A stretch of 64,000 nucleotides of DNA. Source: Octopus sinensis. Its lineage: Eukaryota. The stretch covers positions 75,268,001 to 75,332,000 of the forward strand of contig NC_043005.1 in the NCBI RefSeq assembly GCF_006345805.1, in the 5' to 3' direction. Both the position numbers and the translations under genes were made by a program. Each line of letters begins with the position of its first letter. Positions within the stretch are counted from its first letter, which is position 1. Under the pieces are notes generated by a model that was not told the origin of the DNA, made no database searches, and saw nothing but the letters and a program-made list of their open reading frames with translations. Positions 63,593 through 64,000 of this stretch are shown piece after piece.

Positions 63593-64000
63593 GATAAATG
63601 TGTGTGTGTATGTATAATCATGATGAAATCAGTTACTAGTGTTTCTGACTGCAGCTGTTTATAATAATAATAATAATAATAAACAGTGACATTGGTTGTC
63701 ATTTACACTGCAAAGCAAAGGCCAGGCTTGGCAAACGATGTCACATATACATAAATACACACACGCATATATATATATATATATATTATATTCCTTTGTA
63801 GAATTCGAACTCAGGATGTAGGAGAACGACAGACAAGAAGTTAACGTAGCATCTATTCCGTCGCTCTTTAAAAATAAAAAATATATATATATGTCAAGTC
63901 GCCCGTCATATCATTCAACGACGCAGAAAATGATTTTCATACAATATCACTGTTTACATCGACAGGGAAGAAGGGAGATGGGATGATGAGAGTACAGCGA

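Overview
AT-rich, repeat-dense eukaryotic (metazoan) DNA. The SINE, MITE and microsatellite landscape looks like a coleoid cephalopod (Octopus-type) genome; this is recognition by eye, not a search result. The one host gene I can assemble is on the minus strand. It has 9 coding exons (ATG 43939 to TAA 8955), all with GT-AG introns and consistent phases, and encodes a 241-aa RING-H2 E3 ligase of the RNF115/RNF126 family. It keeps the family intron positions but appears to lack the N-terminal BCA2 zinc finger. The rest is intron or intergenic DNA. It holds many tRNA-derived and RTE-tailed SINEs, piggyBac-type and Tc1/mariner-type MITEs, an internally deleted piggyBac, a Helitron RepHel remnant, RTE and CR1/Jockey-group LINE remnants, and a 31-bp minisatellite. 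The most striking feature is at 44603-46332: a young ~506-bp tandem unit arranged as a head-to-head inverted array inside a (TA)n tract. It carries three complete type I hammerhead ribozyme motifs and one truncated copy, which suggests a Penelope-like or retrozyme element. A second hammerhead family lies at 1481-1526 and 60739-60784. There is also an unusual cluster of long near-perfect foldback palindromes. Most ORFs in the supplied track are repeat or microsatellite noise. All coordinates and pairings were derived by hand.
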